Shown: piece after piece, positions 12,601 through 26,326 of the stretch
How the letters are laid out: every line of letters starts with the position of its first letter
Numbering within the stretch: the stretch's first letter is position 1
DNA from: Camelus ferus
Taxonomy: Eukaryota
Assembly: GCF_009834535.1 (NCBI RefSeq)
Contig: NC_045698.1
Location: 61,442,001-61,506,000 of the forward strand
Direction of reading: 5' to 3'
DNA: 64,000 nucleotides
Notes under the pieces: generated by a model
Databases searched by the model: none
What the model was told of the DNA's origin: nothing
Seen by the model: the letters and a program-made list of their open reading frames with translations, nothing else
Program-made: the position numbers and the translations under genes

Positions 12601-13599
12601 CCTTTAAGCAACATTTTATTATTGTTTATAATCAAAGTGAATTTTAAAATATATTTATTTTGTCTTGAACTCCTAAACATTTTTTTCTTAGGAGTTATCT
12701 AAGGACCAAATGAGTGATAAAGAAGTATTTTTAGGTCTTCACATTTTAGTAAATTACTAAAATCAGAGTTAAAAACCCATATAGTTAGTTTCTTAATTTT
12801 ATAAAATTATGGTGACACAAACTAGAAATTTCATCATCATCCTAAGAGAAGTGTGAATAGATGGTTTCAGTTAACTCTATGGAAATATTTTTTTTATTTC
12901 ATGGTTTTAAAATCTAGCTTCTGTATTAGGCATTTTGGGGAAGATTATCAATTCTTTAATAAACTGTTAGTTTAGATAGAATATTACATTTTGTAAGAAT
13001 GAAATAATGTGAGTAGGAAGACATCCCCCACTGCCTGTAAATGAATGTATTCATAGTTGCTCACGTTGCTATGTGTAGCTTTAAATGTAGGATATTCCGG
13101 TTCATTACATGCACTCTTTGTAAGCGATGGATGTCTTTTTAAAACTGATTTTGATTTGTGTTAGGAGGATTGCTTTTCTTGTTCAGCAGCTGGGTATGAA
13201 TTTAATTATTGAAAATAAATATGATCTAATGTTTCATTGAGCTTTCTGAATAACAGGATAATTTGGTCAGCGCTGCTATGTAAAAAGTCCTGGAAGAAAG
13301 CCAAATCACAAGAAGCAACTGCTCTGGTGAGGAGGAAATTATCAGCAAATTCCTGTGATTTACTCCATTTAACATACAATTAAAAGCGGGTGTAGATTTG
13401 CTTGATACTCTAAATGCTTCTGTATCTTGCGACTTGGTTGCAGAGAAATGTTTTAAAAAGGAAATGGCTGCTGATGTGTGTTTGATGTTTAACATGTGGT
13501 TTCACAACCAAAAGCTCCTGGCTCTGTGTGGGCACTGCATTCAAAGGTGTAGGACTGGGAATGTTTACAGTGTGAACGTGTTCTTGACACTGAAATTAT

Positions 13600-14060
13600 G
13601 TAGGCAGCGGAGAGAAACAAGGTTTGAAACACACAAGACCAGAAATCAGTCATATGTGAAAATAAATTTAATAAGAAGCGTTGTCAAATTTGAAAAAGAA
13701 AATCCTAAAAATTTACTCGACATTACACGCTAGTCATTGTGAAAGTAAGAGAAACTTTTAGAACCTACTTGTAATAAAAAACAAAAATCTGCCAACCATG
13801 CTAGAAGGAAGATTGAAGGACTTTTCCATCTGTAGAAAATATGAGCTAATTGTCATTTAAGGAAATGGTCAGCGAGTATACAGATAAAAACTTGTAGAAA
13901 ATAGTTTTAAAAGTCTGTCAGATATGTCAGCTTTAAAAAATAAGTAATTCATTGTTATTTATTTTTTCATTCTAAATAAATATTCACTTTTGTGCCAATG
14001 TCAAAACATCTAAAAAAAGTTGTAAGTCTGCATGTCATACAAATGTGCATCTGTCCCTGC
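13600..14060 (+). mobile_element. hAT DNA transposon fossil with degenerate transposase C-terminal dimerisation domain
   Basis: From 13675, one frame reads EALSNLKKKILKIYSTLHASHCESKRNF*NLLVIKNKNLPTMLEGRLKDFSI, matching the hAT dimerisation pattern (LKIxLTLP..ERxFSxL..IKNxLRSTM..RL); one in-frame stop. Confidence 0.7.
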
Positions 14061-15799
14061 CGTTCTGACTGAAGCAATCCACCTTACAGACTTTTCCTTA
14101 TATCCTTTCAGATTGTAGCTTAGTTCTTATACCTTCCCATTTCTTCATCTCTGCCTTTATATCTGTGTTTCTACTAGGACTAGATCACACTAGAGCTGAT
14201 TATCTGGGTCTGTGCTACTTTCTGCTCGCGGTTTTTCATCCCTAGCACACGGCCCCCTTCCATGTTAGTGGCTGTTCATGTGCTGATTTACCAAGGGCAG
14301 CAGTATGTACTTTAACGGAGTTGATCTGGAGAGACCAGGCCTTAAACTTCTGTGGTTATTAGTGTGGGAATTTGGGGGCAATGTAAACTGTTACAGTAAA
14401 GGAAAAGGCTCCATGGAGGCTTTTAGCAACTCGTAAGTCATAACGTTTTCTCTTCCTGTGTCTGTATCTATTTGGGAGCTAGTTTGTTGAGCTGGGATTG
14501 ATTGATCCAGCACATTGAACTAGAAACATTTCAGAAACAGAGAGAGAGGGCTGGAGGAAGGTAGAGGGTGGGGGAGAGGAGGGGAAGGTAGGAAGTGAGG
14601 GAGGGAGAAAAAAGGAGAGATTTTGATTTGTAGATTTGTAGTTGGGCAAAATATTAGCTCTGGGGCTGGTAATGGGTCACCTGCAAATTTCCTTAGGCGT
14701 AGGATGTGATAATAAGGTTTTCCTGCTGATCCATTTGTTCACCTACCTTAGTAGGTGATTTACTTCACTGGAATATAAAAGGTCATTCCTAATTTTGGTA
14801 GCTAAAGCTGGCAAGTGTGAATGATGCCAGTTTCATGAATGATCAAATCAGTTTAGATTGTGGTTTATGACGCTTTTGAAAACTATTTTAGCAGTTCTTT
14901 GATGGGTAAAGAAAAGCGAAAACCTCAAGTAAAAATCTCCCAGGTGTTAGAAAAAGAGTTAATGAAATTTAATTTCCAATGTTGAAGGAGGATGGAAAAA
15001 TAAATGAAAGCTGTACTGATGTTTTAAAATGTAAGCTGAAAAAAAGTTACTTTAGTTCTGAGATCTAATTGTATTATCTGGCTCCAGGCAGTTTTAAAAT
15101 TGTGAATAATAGGGGATGGGGAGAATATATTTTTTATAAACTGTATGCCAATAAAGTACACTGATATAAATAATAAATGCAGAATAAATAATTTTCATTG
15201 TGGGAAATCACTGTTTTGGCAACTAGTGATTTTGTGTGATGCAAAACTGTTTTGCATATTACTTGTGTAGGGCTATCAGGAAACAGTACTATTGAAAATG
15301 ATTTTAAAATTCGTTTACCAAGGCATGAAACTAAGTAACATAGGTACTGAGGTAGATTGTCTCTGTAGAAACCATCTGGTTAGAGGGGTGAGAGTTCAGT
15401 AGGGCAAAGTTATTGTTGGAAAACTCCTGCACTCACTTGCTCTCCAGCTCCTTGTTAGCTGTGTGTCATAGTGCACTGCAGGTACAAACTCTAACCTAGT
15501 TATTGACAAATTCTATACTTCTGCACTTCGAATTTTCCACGTACTGTTTTCTTTTGTCCTAAATTTTCATGTTGTTTTGTTTGTATGTTGCATAAGTCTG
15601 TTTTTTGTTAGCATCTGTTTTCGAACTTTCTCATCTGTGAAATGGTATTATCACCTACCAACATTGGATATGTGTGATGGAGAGTTTCATTTTGCAAGGC
15701 ATTTTCAAACTTTTTTCCCCAATGGGGTCCAAGAATATACAGTTAACTAATTTGTTAACAGATTATCAGGAGAGGTAGTTGATTGTACAAAATAATCTT

Positions 15800-16240
15800 T
15801 GTATCACTGAGGTGTTTTTGGCTTCAACGAACAGAGACTGTCTCTAGTGAGCTTAGGCCAAAAAAGGGAATGAACTGGTTCAGATGCAGAAGAGTTGAAA
15901 ATTAAGGCCTTGAGAAGGTCAACAACCAGTATGGCTCCAGGGACTCATATGGTGAAAACTCTTGGAGAATTTCTTTAGGGCACTGAACTTGAAATTCCTC
16001 AGCTCCCAATTCCTTCTGTCCTCTGTGACTTGACCCAGGTTTCAGATCCTAAGAGAGAGAGGCTGATTGAACCCTTGGGCCAGAAGTTTCCCCTGGGCCA
16101 ATTGCATTGGGAAGGAATCTTAGGATGTCATAGTCTTGATCATGTACTCACTCTTTGTTTGGCAGACTCATAAGGACTCCATGGAGTAGAAACCCTTAGA
16201 AAGAACAAAGTGCTGTTACCAAAACAGATATCCATTACAA
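15800..16240 (-). mobile_element. Old MaLR LTR (MLT1K-O-like)
   Basis: tgtatcactgaggtgtttttggcttcaacgaacagag start, and tcagatcc..gagagagaggctgattg motif. Confidence 0.55.
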
Positions 16241-16314
16241 GTCCATTGGACCACACTATCCAGACTTGAGTAAATTCAAAAGAATCAGGTAGTAGGGTAA
16301 AATAATTTACCCAG

Positions 16315-16680
16315 TGTGTTAGTTTGTTAAAGCCTCATAACAAAGCACCACAGATTGGCTTAAACAAAAGAAATTAATTTTCCACACAGTTCTGGAGGCA
16401 GAGGCAGAAAGTCGAAGTAAGGCCTCTTCTTTTCGGCTTATAGATGGCAGTCATCCTCCAGTGTCTTCACATGGTGTTGCTTCTGTGTATATCTGTGCCC
16501 TAATGTTCTCTTCTTATAAGAACACCTGTCATGTTGGATTAGGGCCCACCCCCACGACCTCATTTTTATCTTAATTACCACTTTAAAGACCCTATCTCCG
16601 AATAGAATCTCATTCTGAAGTACCAGGGGTTAGGACTTCAACATACGAGTTTGGGGAGAACATAATGCAGGCCATAATAC
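16315..16680 (-). mobile_element. MLT1A-like MaLR solo LTR
   Basis: tgtgttagtttg...cttaaacaaaagaaatt...ggattagggcccaccc...gggttaggacttcaacata. Confidence 0.88.
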
Positions 16681-17329
16681 CTACCTAGTAAGTTGTAGGT
16701 TAAATGACAGTGTATTTCGGTGGCCATCATGATCTTCAATCAATGGTAGCTAAAACATTGCTACACAGCTCAGAATATTTGTGTTGAAATAAGATGTCAG
16801 GTTATCACAATGGGTACTCTGATACAATGATGTCTAAATTATGACCCTTGCTTTTAGGAAGCTCAGTAATATATATTTTGTGTGAATTGCATTAATAGCT
16901 GGAGGATTAATGTGTATGTATGTGTGCTATATGTCTAGGTATATATGTATAAAATGTAGCACTTGGTAATGATACCACCTGACGTCAGAAGACAGACATC
17001 AGATCCTGCTTTGGCAAACTACATCCTCTCTTCTGTTCTCTGAGAATCCCATAATCCTTCTTTCATTCCTCAAAACCCCTGTTGTTTAATAGTCTAGTTC
17101 TAAGAAAGGCCCAGAGATGACAGCAGGTCAAGCAAACTAAGAGTAAAACTTAAAATAAGAATTATTTTATATTATATATTTTATTATCTTTTTTAAGTGA
17201 TTTTCCCCACAAATTCTTATAGTTCTTGCAGATTTTTTTGAGGGAAGGGGAAATTTTATTTTAGATAAGCCTGTACATTTGCTTAAGGAAATCTCTTGTA
17301 TATAAGATTTGTTTTTCCTTAGATTTCTG

Positions 17330-17650
17330 ACACTCAGCAAGTTATTTTTCTGTGTATTTAAACTGGTAAACTATCTTTTGAAACACTCACACATAATATA
17401 TGAATATATGTTCATTGTGAAAACTCAAACAACATGCAGAACTACTGAGGGAAAAAGTCACCATCTCTCTTTACAGTTTCCCCCCTCTAAATCCTTCTTA
17501 TCCATTATCCTCTCGAATAGAAGGCATGGTTTGCATCCTTTCTGACCTTCTCAAAAATTACTCTCATAATCATATAAGAGCATACATAGAATTTGGGAAC
17601 ATTTTTACTTTGACAGAAACAGAATTATAATATAGATATTGTTCTAAGGC
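17330..17650 (-). mobile_element. L1ME-type 3' fragment
   Basis: atatatgttcattgtgaaaactcaaacaacatgcagaa resembles antisense old L1 3'UTR. Confidence 0.5.
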
Positions 17651-19429
17651 TTTTCTTTCTTCTACTAAGGGATTTTTGCTGTTTTGGGTGGAATTTTAAT
17701 ACCACATCCTACCACTGACCCACCTTCTCTCCAGGACTCTTGCCTAGTAAACAACAGCCCAAAGTCAGCAGGGCAGGGGAACAGTATAGAAAATGATGTC
17801 CGAAATAGAATAGCTGGGCACCTGCCCATAGCTTTAGAAGGAAAGTTTCTCTGTGAAATGCCGGTGTTCCATGAGGAAGAGGGTAGAAGTCTAAGCAGGG
17901 CTTCTTGCCCCCTGCTTCCTAAGACAAGTCACCAAGCCAGCCTATAGTTGGACATGGCTGGTCTGCCTCTGAGGCTGCGCTTGGCTCTGTGAACCAACAG
18001 CACAGGAGCTGAAAGTCATAGGAAATCAGTTGCTTTTAAGGAATAGTGGCCCCGCCACTAGTAAAATTTGATCTAAGAATGAGGCTAGTGACATTAACAA
18101 TTCCTCCTCTCATAGGAGGCAGAAGAGTAGCTGGGAAGTGGGTGGAGAGATGGCCTGGAAGCATGGGTGGGAGGATGCCCTCTCCCATGGGTGGACATGG
18201 AAACGTGAGGCAGAAGGACAGACATTTCTTCTCCAGCTAACACATCTTTGAGATTTTATCATTTCAGCACAGGGTTTTAAATCATTTTAAAGGGGTCATA
18301 GTATTTCATAACTTACATTTATATAGGGTTTTAGAGTTTTAAAAACTTTTGTATTTTTCCTAGAATTTCACTCTCACAAAAATTCTGTGTAGGGCCTGTT
18401 TGATAAATATGGGAATAAAGCCTTAAGAAAGTCAAGGCGTTTGTGAATTTAAAATCTGTGGTTACCTGGTTCCGTTCCCTTTCCACTTTAACATACTGCT
18501 TCTTGTTAAATGCTAGTTTTTATTGAAATTGAACAAGAATAATTGGCTGCCATTAAAGTTATTTGTTAATAAGAATTCCTTTTCTGAAAGGTCTATTTTC
18601 AGCTGGTATAAATCTGATTCAACAAGTATTTATTGAAAACTATCACTGACATGTTTGTTTTGTATTGGTTTTTATTTTTTGATGCCCAGCATCTGAACCC
18701 ATGCCTATGTTCAGGATAATGTTCTACCTGATTAATGTCGTTGGAGGTAGCAGTTGCCTATAATTATAAAGCAGAAACAGACCTTTGTGTATCCAGCCTC
18801 CCTTGCAGCTAAGATATGTGCTCATGATCCAGGCTTGGCTAATCTTGCACCCACATTAGACTTTGAATTAGTTGCTACTGGCCTGAAAAGTCAGGACAGA
18901 GAATTCTCTCAGCTGGCAGGTGATTGCCATGAGGTGTTAATATCCAGTTTCCAGGGGCTGTAGGGATAGCAAGGGCATGAACCCCAATGGAGCTCTGCAT
19001 ATTCCATGCCCTGAATGATGGCGGCAGTGCGGTCTCTGGCATCCAGACCCCAGAAGTTGTGGTGCCTTGTCCCCACTGAACTGATTTAGGCTGCGGTTCT
19101 CAATATTGACTGGCCTTTTTAATTTCTACTCATTGTCTAGACCTAGTTCTCCAAACATACGGTGATTATATGAGCTATCAAGTCATCTTTCATTTTTTCA
19201 GATTTAGAGACAATAAATTCCCTCTTTGTGGTAGACAGTTCTATGGATTTTGACAGTTGTAGTCACGCCTTAGCCACCTCAAACCTTAATCCATTTTCTG
19301 TTCCTATAGCTTTCCCTCTTCCAGAGTCATCAAATAATACCCAGTAACCTTGTAATAATTTTCATCACTATATTAATAACCTTTAAAATTAATATTAATA
19401 TATGTATTTTCTGCTTAAATAATAATAAC

Positions 19430-19650
19430 CAAAATTTATGGAATGCTTAACATTTGCTTTGTTCTGTTCTTACTAAGTACTTTACATGAATAAACTCATT
19501 TAATCCTCACTACGGTTCTAATAGGTAGATCCCCTTATACCCCCATTTTACATATGAGAAAGCTGAGGCACACAGAGATTAAGGAACTTAACCAGGTCCT
19601 CAGAGGTAATAAATGGCAGAGTCAGTATTCAAACCCAGGCAACTTGGTGC
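19430..19650 (-). mobile_element. MIR SINE
   Basis: aactcatttaatcctcac...ccccattttacatatgagaaagctgaggcacacagag. Confidence 0.88.
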
Positions 19651-19789
19651 CTGACATAGGTTTTTACCCTAATGTCTCCTATGTTGGAAATCTGTCATAA
19701 TTGGTGTCCACTGCTTGCTACCATAAACTTGAACGATAGAACTGGTGAGCAAAAGGCTCAAAGTACACACTCTCATGGATGTTACCACT

Positions 19790-20190
19790 GAATTGGGGAC
19801 CCAGACATTATTGAAATAATCTCATCATGTATGCATAATTGCAAGTGTAGGTAAGTGAAGGAAAGGATCATAATCCTTTAGAGTTCATCATCAACAAACC
19901 TGATCTAGACTGGTGGTTATGGAAGGTTTCCCTGAGAAAGTGATACTTTAAGAAAGATTGGAGTGACTGACTAGATCAAGACTGTGCATGGAGCTTTCCA
20001 GAGGAAGCTGCAGCTTCCGGGGCCCTGAGGCAGGAGGCAAGGTGGCTGCTATATCTGGAGTATGAGGAGAGTGGGGAGCCCCACTGCTAGCCGAGGTAGG
20101 GGAAGTTAGATGTAGGCAGGTGGCCAGATCATACAGGGCCTTGTAGATCACATCAAATACCTGTGAGGCTTTGCTTCCCTCTGGTTCTAG
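19790..20190 (-). mobile_element. L2 LINE fragment
   Basis: ggaaggtttccctgagaaagtgatacttt...ggccagatcatacagggccttgtag. Confidence 0.75.
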
Positions 20191-22775
20191 ATAACACTGG
20201 AGAGTCTTTAGTAACCCACACAAAGAAAGAAAGGAAAACAGAGGCAGTGTACATCAAAGCCTGTTTTCTCATGGAGCAAGACTCTTGCATTGGGAAGGTG
20301 ATGGGCCCAGGGTCTCTTGCATGTTGCCTGGAAGGTATTCCTAGACCACTTGCCTTACAACAGGAAGTTTCTGGAAGTATATTGGGATCCACTGATGTGC
20401 ACAGGAACACAATGAGGCTGACTTCTGCTCATTGTGAGGCCTGAAATTGTTACAGAATTTCTCCAAACCTCACCTCCTTAAACTGCAGAGTTGTATTTGA
20501 TGTCCTTGAGGGACTGGTAGGTCTCTCAAAATGCACAACAAAGTCAGCCAACAGACACAGTGTCTTCACTTTGCAGGCTTCATAGACCCAGATCTCTGTG
20601 AACCATAGCCTTGTTAGAATGGGTTAACCCAACACAGAAAGACAAGTTGGCCAGAGTTGCAAAAATTGTGAACGAAAGAACCACGACTAATTCTCATGTT
20701 TTTTGAACTCCAACCTACTTGACATGTATTTGGACACATGTATTTCTAAACAGATCAACCACAATCATTATTTAAATGGCTTAATCTGATAACAATGGCT
20801 GATCATTTATATTTGATAGAAAATAGATCTAGGCATTCAAGAAACACACAGCTGAATTTTTCCTAGATACTACAAGTGAATTTTCAGTAAACTAATTTAA
20901 AAATCAGTAACAGAAGGCCTATGATAAATTTTTTAAAACTTTTTTTCATAATTTTACATTTGACTAATCTTTTATAACACCCAAATGGATGAGCATGAGT
21001 TCATGCTGAGAGGAAAACTTTCACAAATCTATGAACTGAGGAGGACCATAAAGCATTTAGGAAGTAAGTTAATATTCTGAAGTGCATTAATTAATACTTT
21101 TCACTACCCTGACCAGTTAAGATCCTCAGAGACATACATCCCAATTTTGAATCCAATTAAAATGATATCCATTACTAAATTAACCCATGTACATTCAAAT
21201 CTTGAAATAAAATGACAGAGTCTCAAGACACCAATTAATTAATCAAACATGCAAAAATATGTCAAGAAAACTATTAATCCATCTATTCAGATGTTATGTC
21301 TCCAAGGTCTTCAAGCCCCTTATACGTTAGAAGTATTATATACTACATCAATTATTCTTCACTTCATGTAAAAGATAACCCTGAAAAAAAAATACTTCAC
21401 CATATGCTTGTTTTAGATGCAGTGAAAAAATGTTCTTTTCAAAGCATATGGTGATATAATTAGGTGCCTCTGAATACAGCAAGGTTGGAAAGAGAACTGT
21501 ATGAATTAAATGGAAATAATTTGCTGCTCTGCTATTCCCCTCACCCCCACCTCCAACACCACAGTATCTTCTGTGGGTTATCATTGTTTCATTAAAGAAG
21601 TACTATCTTAAGCACTTGAAGGTGAGAAATGTCTGCTGTTGCCTACCGTAGCTCTGGCGAATAAAATTCCAGGCTGCTCCCCTGACCTTTCCCTGTGTCA
21701 ACTTGTGTGACTCAAGTCCCCAGGCTTTTGCTCTGAGAAGTTCTGGCATCACTTCAGCGTCACTGACATTGGTGTAAAGTTCTGCAGCTGGGAGCCTGCT
21801 TTTAGTTCTGGCTTAAGCTACCTTTCTTCATCTCCTTCATGGTGAGAGGCCTTGCAATTCTTTTTTTTTTTTTTTAATAAAAGATTTGCCATAAAATATT
21901 TCTTCTTGTTCTGCTGTATTCAATCTCGGAAGAAAAGAAAAAGTTTGAAAATAGGTTCTATATGATTTAATGACAAGGACATTAGTTATTTGTTAGGAGA
22001 AATATGAATTTAAAGATTCATGTTTTGAAATCTGGGAAACAAAACATCATGGTTTTAGATGAATTTGAGCATGATCTTGTATACTGTTTTTTCTTAATTT
22101 TTCCAACTCACTAGAATATGCTACATTTACCAGTGCCTGATGGGTGGTTGGATTTGTCACATATTTAAAAAATTTTTATTTTTTGGTGGGGGAAGTAGTT
22201 AGGTTTGTATACTCTCCCCCCAGGATTTGTCACATTTTAAACAGATTCTTGAGTATATTTGAATCTTTCCTTTTAGAACATCAGTGCCTGATATTCTACT
22301 GATAACCAGTCTGGATTATTATTACTATTTTTAATTTAAATTTTCTCTTTAAAGGGTCTGACTGGAATGAATAATATGTGTTTATCTTAGACATATGTTG
22401 TTTTCAGCCAAATTCATTACTAACTAATACGGTAAGTTTCACTAATTTTAAGTCCCATTTTTATATTATTTATAGTGTGTATTCTTGGTTTTGGTTAACA
22501 AGTGAAACTGTTAGCAAACAACTGTGGATTGTACAGCAATATACGTAGAAGATAGATGCTACCAAGAGTGGTGAATCATGATCACTTGATGGATTATTTG
22601 CCTTTCTGCTTTTGTGACATTTTCTGTTGATGGATCTTGAAGAAATGAATCATTTTCTCTAGCTTTCCCAGCACAGTTACTTTCTAACCAACTTGTTTTT
22701 GTGCTCACCTTGTATCAGGGAACCAGTTACTTCCTGAGGTAAATGCTACCATGAGCCAAATCCTATTCCCTAGCA

Positions 22776-22962
22776 TGGTGGTTTGCAACCTTGTGCATGT
22801 ATCAGTCTCACCTGGAGGCTTGTTAAAATACAAATTGCTGGGCCTCATACCCAGAGTTTTTGGTCCAGTAGGTCAGCAGTGGGGCTGCGGCATTTGTCTA
22901 TCAAATGAGTTCCCAGATGAAGATGATACACTATCCTGGAAGCCACACTTTGACCACCACTC
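22776..22962. mobile_element. MER5A hAT-Charlie element
   Basis: atcagtctcacctggaggcttgttaaaatacaaattgctgggcctcatacccagag; degenerate TIRs at both ends. Confidence 0.88.
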
Positions 22963-23669
22963 CTATAGTGCAGCTCCAAGTGCCTGTCCTCTGGTCAGTC
23001 ATCTCTGTGTCTCAGGGGAGAAGGTGAAATGTCCTACAGCTTATGGAGATGGTCCCCAACTACCTCCCAGGCACTCCAGTTCTCCTTTCTTTTTTTGCTA
23101 CAGAGCTTGGCCACTTCACTTAGGTTTTTCACTCGTAGACACTTGCACTACAAACTCTGTCACTAAGGGTCTTCATTCTCCCCACTCAGCCTGCTTGTTA
23201 AAAAAAGGAACTCCTTTTTTCTTTACTGCGCATGAAGACAAGCACTCAGGTTGTCTTCTCTTTATGGGTTTTTAACAAATCATTTTGGGAAAAAGAACTT
23301 AACAAGATAAATACACTTAAGAAATTTCCAAATTGTGCAAATTCTCCTAGCAGTGATTCTGGTTCATAGCCCCCCAATTCCCTTTAAAACAGTTGCTGGA
23401 AGCCTCAGTAGGGTTTGCTCTGGGCTTTTGTCTCCAAGGATGGAGCTCAGTAAAGGCCAAATTCCCTCTGATCTAGCCGTGTGGTCTCCTTCCTTCCTGG
23501 GACCTTATCAAGGAAGAGCAATGGTACCTCCTTGATTGAAGTCAGAAGTATGTGTATTTGAGACACCATCTATGTCTCTGCCTTACTTGAAAATTACTAT
23601 CCATTTGATATTTTCTCACTGAAAGATAATCAGCCATGTTGTTCTTTGAAATGATATAATGGCTGGTAT

Positions 23670-23890
23670 GGCTTTAGAGCCAGGAAGATTCCCACTGAAT
23701 CTTGATTTTGTATCCTATTAGCTGTGCAGTGTTGCATATTTCATGTAAACAGGGTGAAGTGTAAAGTGGGAGTGATAATACTTCCCTCATGTAAGTATTT
23801 ACATGAGACAACGTAGAACACTTAGCATAATACCTTAGAAATACGAGTTTTTGATGTTTGGCAGCTATTATATTTAGTAGTAGTAATACT
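23670..23890 (+). mobile_element. MIR SINE
   Basis: ggctttagagccagg...tattagctgtg...gtaaagtgggagtgataatacttccctcat. Confidence 0.7.
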
Positions 23891-24664
23891 AACAAAAATA
23901 CAAAGTGCCCAAAATGTTAGGGACACTAAGTGACTTTCTTCTGAATGGACCCTTGGTGAAATGACAGAATCTGAGATTTGATTGAGACCTCAGAGGATCC
24001 TTCTTTCTATCATTGCTTCACCTATAATTTATTGAGCATTTACTATGTGCTGGCTACTGTGGCCTCTCTAATTTTAGTCTTTAATATAGCACTATTGATC
24101 CTTTGAATAAATACCTATGGGGCAGACTACTTGCTATGTTAGACCAGTCTCCCTTCCATTTTCAGACTAATGGTTAGAAATTTGTTCCATAATTTAGTAA
24201 AATCTGTATCTCTGTAAACTTTGACCCACTGAACCATTATGTATTAGTCTAAAAGTAACACAAAGCTCATGCTGTCAGTATGTGGCAGTTATTATGCAGG
24301 AACTTTCTTTAAAAAAGTTTGAAGTAAAATTTATTTTTTGAGTGTTAAATTTAAAGAAAAGTACAAAGAGGACATATTGATACATACATTGATACATACA
24401 CACATAACCTTAAAAATATGAGTGGTTCTAGGCCAGCAAAAGTAGACTCTATCTAAGGGATTGCAAACTCAGAAACTCTAGAGAACCTAACAGTTAAAAA
24501 CAAAAAATAGTTCAAGGCTTTTGAAATGGATAAATTTTTTAGCATCATCAATCAGGGATATTATTTTGCTGAGTGTTGGGTGCAAGTCATATTGATGGCA
24601 GGATTGTACTCTCCTCAGGTATACTAGATTATGTTGTCCATGGAGGAAAATTAATTCTTGATAT

Positions 24665-24951
24665 TGTTGTGGGTTGGATTATGTCTGTACAAAGATGTTC
24701 AAATCCTTACCCCTGGTGTCTATGAATGTGACCCTGTTTGGAAGTAGTCTTTTCATATGTAATCAAGTTAAGATGAGGTCATACTGATTTAGGTTTGGGC
24801 CCTGATCAAATGACTGGTGTGCTTACAAGAAAGAGAAAGTAGGACACAGACACAGACACAGACACAGGAGAATGTCATGTGACCATGGAAGTGGAACTTG
24901 GGATGATTCATCTACAAACCAAGGAATGCCAGAATGCCAGTTGTCCACACC
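24665..24951 (+). mobile_element. MLT1B/C-like LTR, 3'-truncated
   Basis: tgttgtgggttggattatgtc...aatcaagttaagatgaggtcatac...aatgactggtgt. Confidence 0.85.
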
Positions 24952-25569
24952 GAATTTTATGTAATTTACTACAAAAGGTACCCTTTCCTCAAAGCATATG
25001 ACTTCTGTTTGGTTGGATAAATGTCAAATATACAAATATATGAAATCCACATGAATGTCGATGATATCTGGTTACATGTGTTTGTTGTACACTGCATATA
25101 TATGTATATATATGTGTGTGTAAACCTCATACAATCCATGTAACTGTCCATGGTCGACTTGCCTGGAAAATTTGGATTGCAAGAGTATTTAGAAAAGAAT
25201 GTGTCAGTCAGAATGGTTTGTCCACTTACCCAGGAAACAGAAGAGAGTCACTGGGGAATCATTAACATTGTTCATCCAGTCATTGTTCTGGGGAGTTGGA
25301 TTTGCAAGTGTGTTCCTACTTGTGCAATGGTAGTGCTCACAAAGTTACTCTGGTGTTGTTCAGCTTCTGAATCATATTATCACTCCTTTGTACTGATTGT
25401 ATGCTTATGTGCCAATTGTAATTTGACCTCCACAACTTGAGCTGAGCAGGCATGTTGAGTGGCTGGTTTCCTGTGACTGTTCTCTAACTAAATGCCTTAA
25501 GTTTGCCTTCCGGTATCAGCATTGTTGTTGTTCTCTTGCTGAAGGATGGGACCACTCTCTGTGTTTTAA

Positions 25570-25910
25570 CATACCATATTTTGTGGTTGTTGGCATCATT
25601 CATTTCCTTGCTGGCTGTTGGACAGAGACTGCCCTCACTTCCCTGATGTGTGGCCCTCTCTGTACAGCAGCTCACAACATAGAAGCTTGCTTCTTTGAAG
25701 CCAGCAAGGGAGAGTCTCCTATCATGATTTTCATTACCATCTTAAGTAATGTAATCACATACATGTAATCATGTGCATCCCATTACCATATTCTATTGGT
25801 TAGAAGCAAGTCGCAGGTCCTGCCCACCCTCAGGCAGAGGGGATTAAACAAGGGTGTGAATAATGAGGAAAAAGGGATCATAGGGCCATCTCAGAGTCTG
25901 TGTGCTGAAA
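25570..25910 (-). mobile_element. MLT1D-like LTR fragment
   Basis: ttccttgctggctgttggacagag...ctattggttagaagcaagtcgcaggtcctgcccac. Confidence 0.8.
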
Positions 25911-25924
25911 GTGAATATATATCT

Positions 25925-26326
25925 GCTAGAGTCTAGGTTTCCTAGCCTTCCTTGTAGTTAGGGGTGGCTCAATGTTTTGATCAATGGGAAGATGGAAGAA
26001 GTAATGGGTGGAAGTTTTGGAATCTATTTTAATAAGGAAGTTTCTTGCCAGCTACTCTGCTCTTTCCCCCTTCCCACAAGTGACTATGTGAATATGCTGT
26101 TGGTGGGTGGTGTTGACCCTGCAGATGAAGACGAAGCCTAGGAGGTGACACTAGAAGACCATGAAACAATGGCATTCCTGGATGACCTTGTAGAGCAGAG
26201 CCACTTTGTCAGCCCTGTAATGTTCATTTCTGGACTGTTGCATGAGAGCAAAATAATTCTCTTTGTTTCTCTAACTATATTTCGGTGCTTCTTTGTTACA
26301 GTAACTTAACTTATATCTAACTCATA
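25925..26326 (+). mobile_element. MLT1J/K-like LTR
   Basis: ttcctagccttccttgtagttagggg...ttcctggatgaccttgtagagcagagcc...tttgttacagtaactt. Confidence 0.7.

Noticed and set aside
17684-17947. 87-aa ORF with a good branch point and acceptor at 17734
   Set aside because: No convincing donor and the peptide is not recognised
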